This document shows, in pieces, positions 45,826 to 56,763 of a stretch of 64,000 nt of DNA. Numbering within the stretch: position 1 is the first letter of the stretch; every line of letters starts with the position of its first letter. This DNA is from Neoechinorhynchus agilis (lineage: Eukaryota > Animalia > Acanthocephala). The notes beneath the pieces are model-generated. The model worked only from the letters and a program-made list of their open reading frames with translations, made no database searches and was not told the DNA's origin. The DNA is taken from the NCBI GenBank assembly GCA_051530055.1, contig CM121341.1, positions 8,782,784 to 8,846,783 on the forward strand, read 5' to 3'. The position numbers and the translations under genes are program-made.

Positions 45826-48706
45826 TCAAGATGTGTTTGCTTCATCAAATACCAAATTTGCATCATTAAGATCTTTTGAATAGTCCGTATTAATGGAGTC
45901 ACTGTCCCCATCGCTGCTCAATTTATCAAGCCTTTCGAGATCTTTCTGCAGAAATCGCTGTGCTATAACGCAGCACAGACAGTCTCCAAAAACGTTGATT
46001 GAAGTTCGAACCCGGTCGCTGTTTCAGAAATGAAGCTTTCGTGTAAAAGAGTCAAGATGAAACATACAGGAGCCAATCAGTCGCATAAAGTAATCGAATC
46101 TCAGTCGATGGAACACCGATCGCTCCCAGCACCATCACTAGGTTGACAATGGCACCTTGTGGGACACCGGCAGCGCTTATTGCAGCGAAAACAGACATCA
46201 GGCTAAAATAGAGACTTTTGTTTTCATTGATTCGGTCAAAAAAACGCACCCAGCAACGATGACCTTTCCAGCATTCATTTTAACTCCAGCGATTTGCGCG
46301 AGATATATTGCGGAAATGCACTGGTAAATAGCAGTTCCATCCATATGGATTGTTGCTCCGAGTGGTAAGACAAATCGAGAAATTCTGGGGTCGATATTCG
46401 CTCCCTGTTCAGCGCAGTGAAATGAAGTAGCCAGCGAAGCGCCGCTAAGTGATTGTATTTTATGAAATCGTTAAATAATTTTCTTATTTACCTCGACGCA
46501 GTTGCGAATGCCGTGATGATGGCTTGAGAAAATGTTATAAAATATTTAAATGGATTTCGACGACAAACAATGAACATCAATAGCGGTAAAACAATAAACA
46601 TGTGGATTAGACTAGCCGCAATATCAGTGACGATATAAAGACCAAGACTGCTCCATAGTTCAGCCAAATCCTCGATTTCAACCATTTTCGCCATTAACAG
46701 GAATAATATCCCGATTGGTGAGTACCTTTTTTTAGGTCTATCGACTTTATGAATCAATAGCGAAATATTACCATATAATCAATTTAACCATAATCATGAT
46801 TATTCGCATCACTTCATCATTAAATTCCTTAACGATATTCGCTCTCTCACCACCAGTGCTTAAAATCGCACCGAATGTTACTGAAAATGCAATTATTCCA
46901 AGAGCATTCATCCCGTCTTTATATGTGACAGAAGGAATCGACACGAGCTTTTTGTATGTATCTACATGGATTTTTTAAGTATAATTGCACCTAAATTGGA
47001 CTAACGAGTTTCATTGTATTTAAAAATCCTTTCTTCGTATTTTAGTACCGTTGTTGCCTAAATATTTAAACGTTCGTAAAAATTAATTCTCTTTGGATTT
47101 TTCTAACTTACTGTCATGAAGCACGCCTCAACTATACTACGAGGACAAATGTTCCTGCAAAATATTAAATTTTAAACTGTATAACAAAAGAATTTAGTAC
47201 TCTACCTGAGAATATCCAATAATGTTTCAACCGTATTTGCCTCCATTTCCGATTCAGTACTGTTGGTACTGTTTCCTGAGCTTGCTAATGCAGCTCCCGG
47301 TTTTATTGCAATTATCACAGAGGTCGCCGAAATATAAAAGAATTTTTTAACAAACGGAAACATTTTTTGAGAAGTGAATTTTTAACCAAATATTTTGTTT
47401 TGATTTAATACATTCTAGTTACTTTTTTCGCAATGCCGGTATTGCCTCTAATTACATTTTTAGAATTCTTTGCGAACTCGTTTGGAATATTTAAGTCCTT
47501 ACAATTTGTAAATTTACCAGGATTAGTCATTCGCCAAATCTACGATTTTATCGAGAAATATTACAATTAACTTTTATGAAATTGGGACGATAAATTTCTT
47601 ATTTAAATTCGTTTTCGGAAATTGTGAATTGATCAGAACCCTGTGAAACAGAAACTCTAGTTCAAAATCAACAGTAGCATATATTTATCGAAAATCGTCA
47701 ATTGTAAATTTAATTATTTAATCTAAAATGTTCTCGAATTATTTGGAACCAAATTACGAAAACTCCTGATGAGAGGGTGTCAATCAAAAATCAGCGCGGT
47801 TACTTCGTGAATAGATCAGAACACGCCATTTCCTCAAGGGAACTGCATTTGCTGAACAAAGGACCCGACTATATTATGAAAAATCAGATTCGATATACTA
47901 AAATCCGATGTGATACAGAGCTGCTTATAAACTCACATCCAGATCTGATGAGTTCAATTGTGGCCTATGACAGGAAAGCTCGTAGTCTCTCAAATAAATC
48001 AAATATGTTATGACCGGGATTATTTTCACCGAAAGTATACTTAGATTAACCCGAAGGATTTTCTATCGATGATTAATCAGTGTGTCTGTACTTTTCGCAT
48101 TCCCACAACGTCATTAGCCGCCTTGATGACCGAGCATCCAATTAGAATTGCCTACGGATTAACTTACATATTTTAAACGAACATGGAAATATTCTAATTG
48201 CATAGCTATTTTTAAATGTAGCGGGCAAAATCACATAAAAACTAGAGATTCCAGCGGCCAGTGTACTTTACCAAAATCAGAGCAATTATAACGCTGATAA
48301 CCGTAGTGGACAAAAACACTCCTACGGCCACACCACCGAGCTTGCCCGACGTTTCAGCAGTCATTTTGCTCAGAGATGCAATCATGCTTGTAAAAATCAA
48401 AGGCAAAATAATCATTTTGAGTAAGTTCATGAGTAGCGTTCCTGGGAACTCAAGGTAAAAAACGTCATCATTTGTGATTGAACATCCATTCGTGCCCTTT
48501 TCGTAGAATTCAGGGCATTTTCTTCCACGAAGACCTATTCCGATTGCAATACCGAGAATCACAGCAGCCAATGTTGCAATTAGCAATGCTTGGTCTTTCA
48601 ATACTTTCAACACTTTACATGCGACTTTCCTCCATCGAGGAGTTTCAACATTGACCTCATTATCAAAACTTTTTTTCTCCATAACGTAAAGATCGATTGA
48701 ATCCAT
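45826..48706 (-). CDS. SLC1 family dicarboxylate/amino acid:cation symporter (EAAT-like), about 8 exons
   Basis: FPGTLLMNLLKMIILPLI, DGMNALGIIAFS, WYSPIGILFL, TASSGASLA, LPLGATIHMDGTAIYQC, AAGVPQG and DWLLDRVRTSINVFGD. The exons join in frame, but one acceptor is non-canonical. Stop at 45826-45828. Confidence 0.93.
47790..48010 (+). mobile_element. Penelope-like element N-terminal remnant within the SLC1 first intron
   Basis: VNRSEHAISSRELHLLNKGPDY resembles the PLE motif V.NLS...L+..E..LL.KGL.F. Confidence 0.5.
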
Positions 48707-49126
48707 TGTACGAAATTTATGGAAATAGATAATGTCCTGGTCCTTCCTTTCCTGGCTTTGAAATTATTAGCAAGACTAAGTGCGAGTCGTTCAGATTTAA
48801 GTGCATATGCCGACTTTATAGTGAGTCGAATGGGTGTGAGCATTTACGTATTATCCAACTGTCATTCCTTGTGTTGAAAAGTGAATCATTTGCACTCTAA
48901 GAGTCTGTACAGATGATAAACTCTTAATTTTTTTAACAATGATTCATTATGTAGGAAATAATATCATAGATAATAAATATCATTCAAATAACGTAGGGGG
49001 TGTTTGCTCTTAGAAGGAACAGTTATCTGTTACATGTTATTACATCGGAAACTTGTGAAAAATCGAATAGTAAATAAATAACGAAAAATGTACTTAAAAA
49101 ACACGCGAGGCGATTACGAAAAAATA

Positions 49127-49332
49127 GGACCCAGTGGCCGTGTGGTGCGCGCGTGGGTTCCATGGGTTTGCAAGGCTGCTGGAAGGGGTGGAGTCAGGTT
49201 TTGAGATCGCCCATCGGCCCCAAAGGGGGTTTGCCCTGCTCCTTCGAATGCGGCCAAGCGCCTCCGTTGTGTACAAGTCAGCCGAAAGGCTCCAAAAGGA
49301 ATATAGCTGAGAAGCTCAAAAAGAAGATGTCA
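49127..49332 (+). mobile_element. tRNA-headed SINE-like element, copy 2
   Basis: Shares cccagtggccgtgtggtg, gggttcca, gcaaggct, gatcgcccatcggcccc, cttcgaRtgcggc, agcgcctccgttgtgt and gccgaaagg with 14452-14655. Confidence 0.6.
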
Positions 49333-49595
49333 CAGACCCAGAGTGTATGAGGCCTTGATAATAAATAAATAAACAAAAAAATCAATTCACACCAAATATT
49401 AACGATAAATTAAGGATACCGCAATGCATCTAAAATTGATTGATCTTGTCGCGACACATTGGGATTTGCGAAAACGAACGAAGCGAAAAATCAGAGAAAA
49501 TTTGATTAGAATGATTAAGCAGTTTGCTGAAAAATTAAGATAATCGAAATCTAAGAAATACAACTAATCGTTCTACAAAATGAGATTATATGAAA

Positions 49596-49782
49596 TCAGC
49601 TTCAATTAACGATGTTTGATTCAGAAATTGAAAAAATTTTCGGCGTTATTGTTGGCCTTCTTCAGTCAATTGTTTGCAAGTTAAAAAACCTGAAAACAAT
49701 TGACTGAAAAAATCCAACGAAAAAGCCGAAAATTTTTCAAGATAAATCTATTTCGGAATTAAACATCGCCAATTGAAACTGA
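49596..49782. repeat. Long imperfect fold-back (MITE-like, possibly Mutator-type)
   Basis: Arms of about 85-95 bp include cagtcaattgttt/aaacaattgactg, aaaattttcggc/gccgaaaatttt and cgatgttt/aaacatcg. A 10-bp direct repeat, gattatatga, lies at 49584 and 49807. Confidence 0.75.
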
Positions 49783-50324
49783 AACTATACTGAATAATTT
49801 CTTTACGATTATATGAGATGTTAGTGCATTTTGAAGTCGCTAAAAGTCAATTAAAAATTGTTGGAGACATTTTTATTAAAATGTTTTAAACGTAAAGCAA
49901 AAATTCTGCCGATTAGCAAGGAAGCAGTAATGGATGCGAGACAACACCAGAGATTTACTCGACATTCTATACAATAAAGCATTGCGAGAATTTTGAATGA
50001 AGATACAAGGGACAGAAACGAACGATAAGAAGATTTTTGGAGTAAGTAGAGTAAAGACGGGAAGCTGTAATGAGAAGAACAGTAAAAGAAAATGGGAGTA
50101 GAAATATTATTGAGGTTAAGATAAGTGATAAAGTCCCAAGAAAAACGGGAAATTGAAAGGTCAAATGAATAACAGCAGGGAAAGGTTGGTAAAGTTTACA
50201 GGCAGATGAGAAACCGAGAAACGATTAATCACCTAGTTCTCATCAACGGATAAAATTGCGGTTAATATACCCCGGGCAAAAACGTATTTTATTGTTATGA
50301 ACTGTTTCGAAAGGGTAAGAATCG

Positions 50325-50873
50325 CTTCAATAGCAAGTGCTAGGGATAAAAGTTGACGTGCTCGGGAGACATGGACTCTACTGCAAGAGATCGAGCGGTC
50401 GTTTCCCAAGGCACGCAGAGCTCAACGCGATCATTAGCAGAGCTCTGAACTCGATCCACGTTCCAACCATCCTGGAGCCCAATCACCTCTGTCGCTCGGA
50501 TGGTAAGCGTCCAGACGGTATGACCGTTTTCCCTTGGAAAGAAGGGAAGAGTCTAATTTGGGACGCAACATGCGTGGACTCACTCGCCCTGTCCAACCGG
50601 CAAGATGCTTTAGCGGAGACGGGAGGAGCAGCGAGTGCCGCCGAAAGGAGGAAAGCGGAGAAATACAGTGAGCTCAAACAAAATTACATTTTCCTTCCTT
50701 TCGGCGTGGAAACACAAGGGACGCTGGGATCTTCGGCACGAAGCTTTTGTGCCGAACTCGGAAGACGACTTGCAGCAGAAACAGGGGAGCGACGCGAGAG
50801 CATTTTCCTGATACAAAGAATAAGCCTCGCAATCCAACGAGGAAATGCGGTCAGCGTCCGGGGGACGATTTAA
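50325..50873 (+). mobile_element. CRE-clade retrotransposon 3' fragment with an intact 178-codon frame
   Basis: GRHGLYCKRSSGRFPRHAELN, GKRPDGMTVFPWKEGKSLIWDATCVDSLA and QRISLAIQRGNAVSVRGTI*. Confidence 0.92.
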
Positions 50874-50957
50874 TCTAAAATTGTCCTTTAAAAAAAGAAA
50901 CAATAAAAAGATTATTAGCAAAAAAAAGTTTTAGGATTGAAGTTCATAAAAGACACC

Positions 50958-51382
50958 CGTAGTTTGAACGCAAAAACTATCGTTCTTGAGTACGAATTGA
51001 TCGAAATTTTGAGAAAGTAAACTGGAATTCCTCCGTAACGATAACGTCATTATTTAAAACAATTGGGCACAAGATTTTTCGAGAACTTTACCCAGTTAAA
51101 AAGTTCTTAGAAAAGTCATAGAATGCGCAGTTTAAGCAACGCAAAAGTTTCGTTCTTGGGTACGAATTGATCAAAATTTTCAGAAAGTAAACTAGAATTC
51201 TTCCGTAGCAAGAACATCAATATTTATAAAATTGGGTACTTCGATATATTTACCCAGTTAAAAAGTTCTCCTAAATGCCATAGAATGCGTAGTTGAAACG
51301 CCAAAAATATCGTTATTGAGTACGAATTTATCAAAACTTTCAGAAAGTAAACTGGAATTCTTCCGTAACGATAACGTCATTG
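50958..51382. repeat. 160-170-bp tandem repeat, about 2.5 diverged units
   Basis: tcgtt(c/a)ttg(a/g)gtacgaatt..agaaagtaaact(g/a)gaattc recurs at 50980, 51150 and 51310. Confidence 0.85.
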
Positions 51383-51700
51383 GATACCCTCGCAGTAAGC
51401 AACATTCCCTGTTCTCTTGATACCGATGGAGGCGCAGGAAGATTTAGCGAGGAGGCACTATTTTTCCCCTTCGGAATAGACACGAATGGAGCACTTTGCT
51501 GCTCGACACTCACTCTGCTATAGGATCTCTCGGAGAAATTGAGAAAAACGACCGGCGACGCACGAGCAGGTGTATTCCTGGGACGAAATATCTCGCTTGC
51601 AGTACAACGAGGCAATGCTGCTAGCATTATAGCGACAGCCGAAGAAGAAGAGAAGCTCTAATTTTGCGGACGGTGGTGATTGCGCGTTTTGTACTTTATT
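51383..51700 (+). mobile_element. CRE-clade retrotransposon 3' remnant
   Basis: DTLAVSN, FPFGIDTNG and NISLAVQRGNAASIIAT. The tail attttgcggacggtggtgattgc is shared with 41942. Confidence 0.85.
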
Positions 51701-51720
51701 ACCAAGTAAATAAAAATTCG

Positions 51721-51941
51721 AAAAAAAATCGGTCATCACAAACTCAGTTTCGAATCAACAATCTTTTGGTTTTTTAATTTTTTAAATCAAGCACAGAGCG
51801 CACTATGAGAGGTTTTCTCCGTTTTCCTAAAGTAAAACAAACTATTTTGATTCCCTTTTGATTTACTTATGAATAACATAAACATTCTGTAAAGTTTTTA
51901 ATTTGATTTATTTCAGTACGTTTTTAATTTAGTCTCTTAAA
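51721..51941. repeat. Unclassified AT-rich dispersed repeat (~220 bp), copy 2
   Basis: Aligns with 44065-44277. Its first ~67 bp match a segment of each 500-bp tandem unit (e.g. 873-942). Confidence 0.8.
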
Positions 51942-52559
51942 ATAATTATCAATTTTCGTCTTCAAAAAACGTGACTTCGAAGGAACAAAATTTGATACGT
52001 TTTATAAGGTATGAAATTTTTTTAAAAGTTACGAGCGGAAGAGCACATTTATCCTGCATTGCCTCGAAAATTCCCTTTCTGAATCGCTGATTATCTAATA
52101 AAAAATGCTTTTGATGTCGAGACGAACCAACTTCCAACCTTTGTTAATAATGCCAGACGATACAAATTATCTCAATAGCGAGAAAGGTTAGAAAAAGTAG
52201 AACGACGCGTCGAGACATTTGAAGTTCAACCCAAAAAACCAACGCGCTCTGTTTTCTAGTTGTACTCCATGCACCATGCGTGCATGTCGATTGGTGGACC
52301 TCTGACGTTCTCGCCACACAGCTCCCACAAGAGGCTCCGCTAAGTCTTCTTCCGTGGCCGTCCTCGCTTGCGTGGTATGTCGGCTTCGACTGTAGAGGAA
52401 GGGTCACAATGCGAGGGTTTCAGCCTTTCAAAAATACACTTTTCCCTCAATTGTTCGCTTTTACAAGTATCCATTTGTAAGACGTCGCTTATGAGTAGGA
52501 TAATATAATTATTTGGGGAAATCGATCTGAATATATGAGAAATATATAGGGAAAATTAA

Positions 52560-53615
52560 GCGATTTTTGCAAAATCGATGGCTCCGGTTAACAATGTGGA
52601 AATCCGCCTATCGTTAATAAAAATGCGATTCTCAAGTGTTGGAATAGTAGGAGGATTTCCCTGGCGTTGAAACAAAAGTTAGATCACGAGCTACATCGGC
52701 AAGTTGAGGCAGACGTACTCGAGAAGGTATACGCTCTAAACGTACCGATTGAATGGGCTACGCCGATCGTTGCGGTTGCCAAAGCCAACGTGGATATTAG
52801 AATTTGCGGCAATCTTAGAGTCATTATCAATACTTATCTCGGAGTCTACAGTTATTCGCTACCATCATGGAACGAAATGAGTAAAATAGCGGGTAGCGAG
52901 TTTTATTCCAGCCTCAACTTAAATGAAGCATATATGTAACTGCCTGTAAGTCCCGAATCAAGGCCATATTTAACAATATCCACAACGCGAAGGTTCTTCC
53001 AATTTAAGCGATTGCCTTTCGGTATCAGCTTGGCACCGACCATCCTTCAACAATATATGGACGATCTGCTGCAGGCAATTCCAGGAGTTGCAGTATATTA
53101 GGACGACTTACTGATCACTGGAAAAACACAAAGAGACCATCTCTCGAATTTATCCGAGGTACTGCACAGATTACAGGAAGTTTGATTAAAGTTGAATCGA
53201 GAAAATGTGTCTTCTTACAGGGGGGAATTGAATTCCTGGGCCACGAACTACACCGAGTTCATGTACGACCAAGTGCAACAAAAATCAAAGCTATTCTAGC
53301 ACTTCTTCGACCACGCAAAAAAGGAGAGCTCAGGACATTTTTGGAAACGACAAATTTTTTGCAAATGTTCATTCCAGGATTGCAATCCAAATGCCGAGAA
53401 TTGCACGGATTAACAAACAAGGAAAAAATGGGAGTGGGGCACGAAGCAGGAGAAAGTTTTCCAAGAAGTGGGGGAATCGTTGATGAACGCTCAAGTTCTT
53501 AAGACTTTCGATCTAAAAAGAGAAACTCGATTGTGCTGTGACGGAAGTGAAAAAGGCCTTGGAGCTGTCCTCATGAAGATACAAGATGATGGCAGACCAT
53601 TTCCAGTAGCGTATG
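52560..53615 (+). mobile_element. Ty3/Gypsy pol fragment (RT to start of RNase H), degenerate
   Basis: WATPIVAVAK..IRICG, FKRLPFGISLAP, VYLDDLLITG, KCVFLQGGIEFLGH and CDGSEKGLGAVL..PVAYA. Confidence 0.92.
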
Positions 53616-53617
53616 CT

Positions 53618-53707
53618 CTTCTCTCTCGTATACGTCCTCTCTCTCGTCAACGTCCTCTCGCTCGACTACTTCCTCTCTCTTGTGAATGTCCTCTCTCTCG
53701 TCAACGT
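53618..53707. repeat. 18-bp minisatellite, 5 units (cctctctctcgtcaacgt)
   Basis: Five consecutive 18-nt units, two identical to the consensus. Confidence 0.85.
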
Positions 53708-54129
53708 TTAAAAACGTACCATTAGTTTGTCATCAACGAAACGATCTACGTCGTCACACATCATTGAATATTTTTTTGTCACGTGATCAACGCCGTTTGA
53801 AGTCCCTAACTTTCTTTTACGATGATCCGACTTGATGTTACTGATTCTTGTCGGTCACGTAAAAGAAGGAGCTCCGGCGGCCAGACAGCTACTGATAGTA
53901 GCCTGTCAACGCGGGGTCGGTGTGCCGCTCCAATTGATGATGCAGCAGCGAACGGGAGCAACAAAATCCACCAGTGCAACGGGGAAGAGCGAGGGCATCG
54001 TAGCTCTCGCCGACGACTTGAGCGTTGAAATGAGCGAAACTGTCGCCGGAGGCAATGAAAGCGTCAGTCGAAGCTTTTCACCGTGGTGGGTACGGACTGT
54101 TCAGGTGGCGCTTACAGCCGTGAGCCCTT

Positions 54130-55850
54130 TGGCTTAGCTATTCTTAATAGAAACATACTACGAATCGGATCCTTGAATTGTAGCAGTCTGCGAGCGCAAT
54201 GGCGTAGGGGAACCCTGGCCAAATTGGGAAGGGACGCCAGAATGGATCTTGTGTTTTTACAAGAATTGCGCAAAAGAGGCCAGTAAGACACAGACGTAAA
54301 TCAGGAGGATTTAGGAGGAGGCTGGTCATTATCCTTCCTATCTGCGGACAATCGAGGAAATGGAGGTGTAGGCGTTTGTTTATCACCCCGCCTCCGAAAC
54401 TCAGCACTATGCAGTATTATAACTACCGAATCCTTCGTGTCAGCATAAAGCTTCGGTCGAGAATTCTCTATGCTTTTGGCGTATATTCATTGACCTCCTC
54501 GTCCGATGAAGAGGCGGTTGAAGGATTTTATGGAAATCTAGCCGAAGCATTAGATGATGTACCGATCTGAGACACGCTCCTAATAGCTACGACTTCAACG
54601 CGATTTTACCGCATTGCAAAAGATCGCTATATGCGTTGAAAGGCGAGAATCGGAACAGCCGGTACTTGGTTGGGGCGCTGGGGCGGTATGATCTCGTGTC
54701 TACTAACACTAATTTGGCGACGTTTTCTGGGTCAAAAGAATCCGTCCAAACATGCCATGGGAAAAAATCCCAAGAGACGCTTAGCTCAGCTTGACCATAT
54801 ATTGTTGAGACGTAGTGAAAAATGTCGGGTCAAAAACGCTGACACATTCACAGTTGATGGGCTGCCAACCGACCACAAGTTGGTGATGTGTCAGTTGAGC
54901 ATGAGTGACTCGTTGTTCCGTACACCTCAGCATTCACCACGTCCGTTCTATGGCGCCCTCGCTAATGAGGAGAAGAGGAAAGAGTTCGATATCGAACTAG
55001 AGAATCAACCGAGCTCGATGCCAGCTGCTGAAACGCATATTGATCTTTATTACAAGTCAATCTGCGACGCAGTGACCGAAGCGGCCGAGAAAACCCTCCC
55101 AAAAATGAGGCGTATAAAAGCTGCAAAGGTTATATGGCAGGAGGACTGTTAATTTATCGCAATGGCTGAGCAGATCAAAACTCTAAGAAAAAGAGGAAAA
55201 TGATCTGAGGCTCGCATTGCAAGTCTTGAACTTGCCAACCTCTATCGCCGAATTCAGCCAATCCTCGAACCGTTTCTAAGAATTGAACAGAACGGTTTCA
55301 GGAAAGGTCGAAGCACCACAGAGCACATATTTGCTTTGAGGAGGATCCTCGAGGAGCCACGAATTCATCAAACGGATGTGACGCTGATATTTGTTGATTT
55401 CCGTCGAGCTTTCGATTCGGTAAATCGAACGATGATTGGCGGTATCTTAAAGGAGTATGGAGTGCCGCCGATCATTGTCACATCCGTTATGGCATTATAT
55501 AAAAACACAAGGTCCGCCTTAAAGACAGCTGACGGTTCGACAGAATACTTTTCCACCACTTCAGGTGTTCTGCAGAGCGACACATTGGCTCATTTCCTCT
55601 TAATCTTGATGCTTGATTGGGTAATGAGATGGGCACTACCGAATGATAAAGATGGATTTCTTCGGTTGAGGAAATGAGGTCGCAGGTATAATGGGATACG
55701 CGCCTCCTACATGGCATATGCCGACGACATCGTATTGATGACCTCAACAGTCGAAGGAGCTCAACGCATGCTAAATAGACTGTGCGAGAGGGCGAGTATG
55801 ATTGGTCTGACCATCAACTCGAAAAAGACGGAATTCTTGACGATTCCGCA
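54130..55850 (+). mobile_element. RTE-superfamily (RTE/RTE-X-like) LINE remnant, endonuclease plus RT, internally deleted
   Basis: IGSLNCSSL..FLQE, QLDHILL, TDHKLV, QNGFRKGRSTTEHIFALRRILE, FVDFRRAFDSVNR, GVLQSDTLA and AYADDIVL. Confidence 0.9.
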
Positions 55851-55944
55851 TGTCGCGAATACAGTCTCTGACGAAGGGCCGAATGGCATTGGGCGACTAA
55901 AAGAGATAGAGCGGTATGTCTAACTGTGAGCTGTCGTTCCTGAG

Positions 55945-56763
55945 GTGAGTGCGGATCTCAGCCGAAAGAACCGATCATGTTTGTATCCCGGACACTTACC
56001 TCAGCGGAAAAGAAAATCCGCTTATTGGAACGGTCGTCGATTGTTAATAGTATTTTTGCGGCGATTAGGATGCGTGTATACTCAGTTGATGTGCAAACAG
56101 GTTATGGCGGAGAGCGATCGATTTGTAAAGAATTCGATCAGGTACTTTTGTATATATGTATGTGGAAGACGTTCAAGTACGCCTTTCAAACAGAATATTA
56201 GCTGTTTGTTTTGATGGTGAGGACTTTAAGGATTGCAGAAGTCTTACGAATACGTTAGAAGGAGGTTAGACGAATCATTCTCTTATCGTTCTCTCAAAGT
56301 TAAATCATTTGCCATCTTAGTCGATTTTTTGATAGATACCACTTGTCAGCTCTACACAATGTTCGGATTCGGTCGTTCAAATGTGATTCCCGGCATGATT
56401 GCATCACTTGCAACGTCCTCGGGTGCCGTAAGACGAGTGAGTATGCCATTAAGTGGCTTTTACACCGTACCAAGAGATTAAGGATTTCAGGCTAAAAGCA
56501 TGGGTTTATCTTACGACCTCAGTGGAGATGGACTTAGGCTAGGAGGAGCTGTGTTAATAGAAGCAGGTTGGCTCCGTTTTTTCACTACCAAGCTAACACA
56601 CAAATCAGAAGGTCTTCGTGTTCTCTATGAATGGCATCAAATGTACATCTCTTCAGAAATTCCACTTGATGACCTGTTCAAACTTGTTGAAAATACCAAC
56701 GATGAAACGTCAGACATCGCTGTATCCATGGACGATTGCATCTCCAACTCTCAATCCGATTAA
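55945..56763 (+). CDS. Peroxiredoxin-like 2 / FAM213 (AhpC-TSA_2-type thioredoxin-fold) protein, spliced; 5' end unresolved
   Basis: Joining across GT-AG introns 56142-56193, 56265-56320, 56437-56490 and ~56567-56611 gives LLIVFLRRLGCVYT..EGVDFLIDTTCQLYTMFGFGR..AKSMGLSYDLSGDGLRLGGAVLIEA..LRVLYEWHQ, which follows the FAM213 pattern. Confidence 0.72.
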
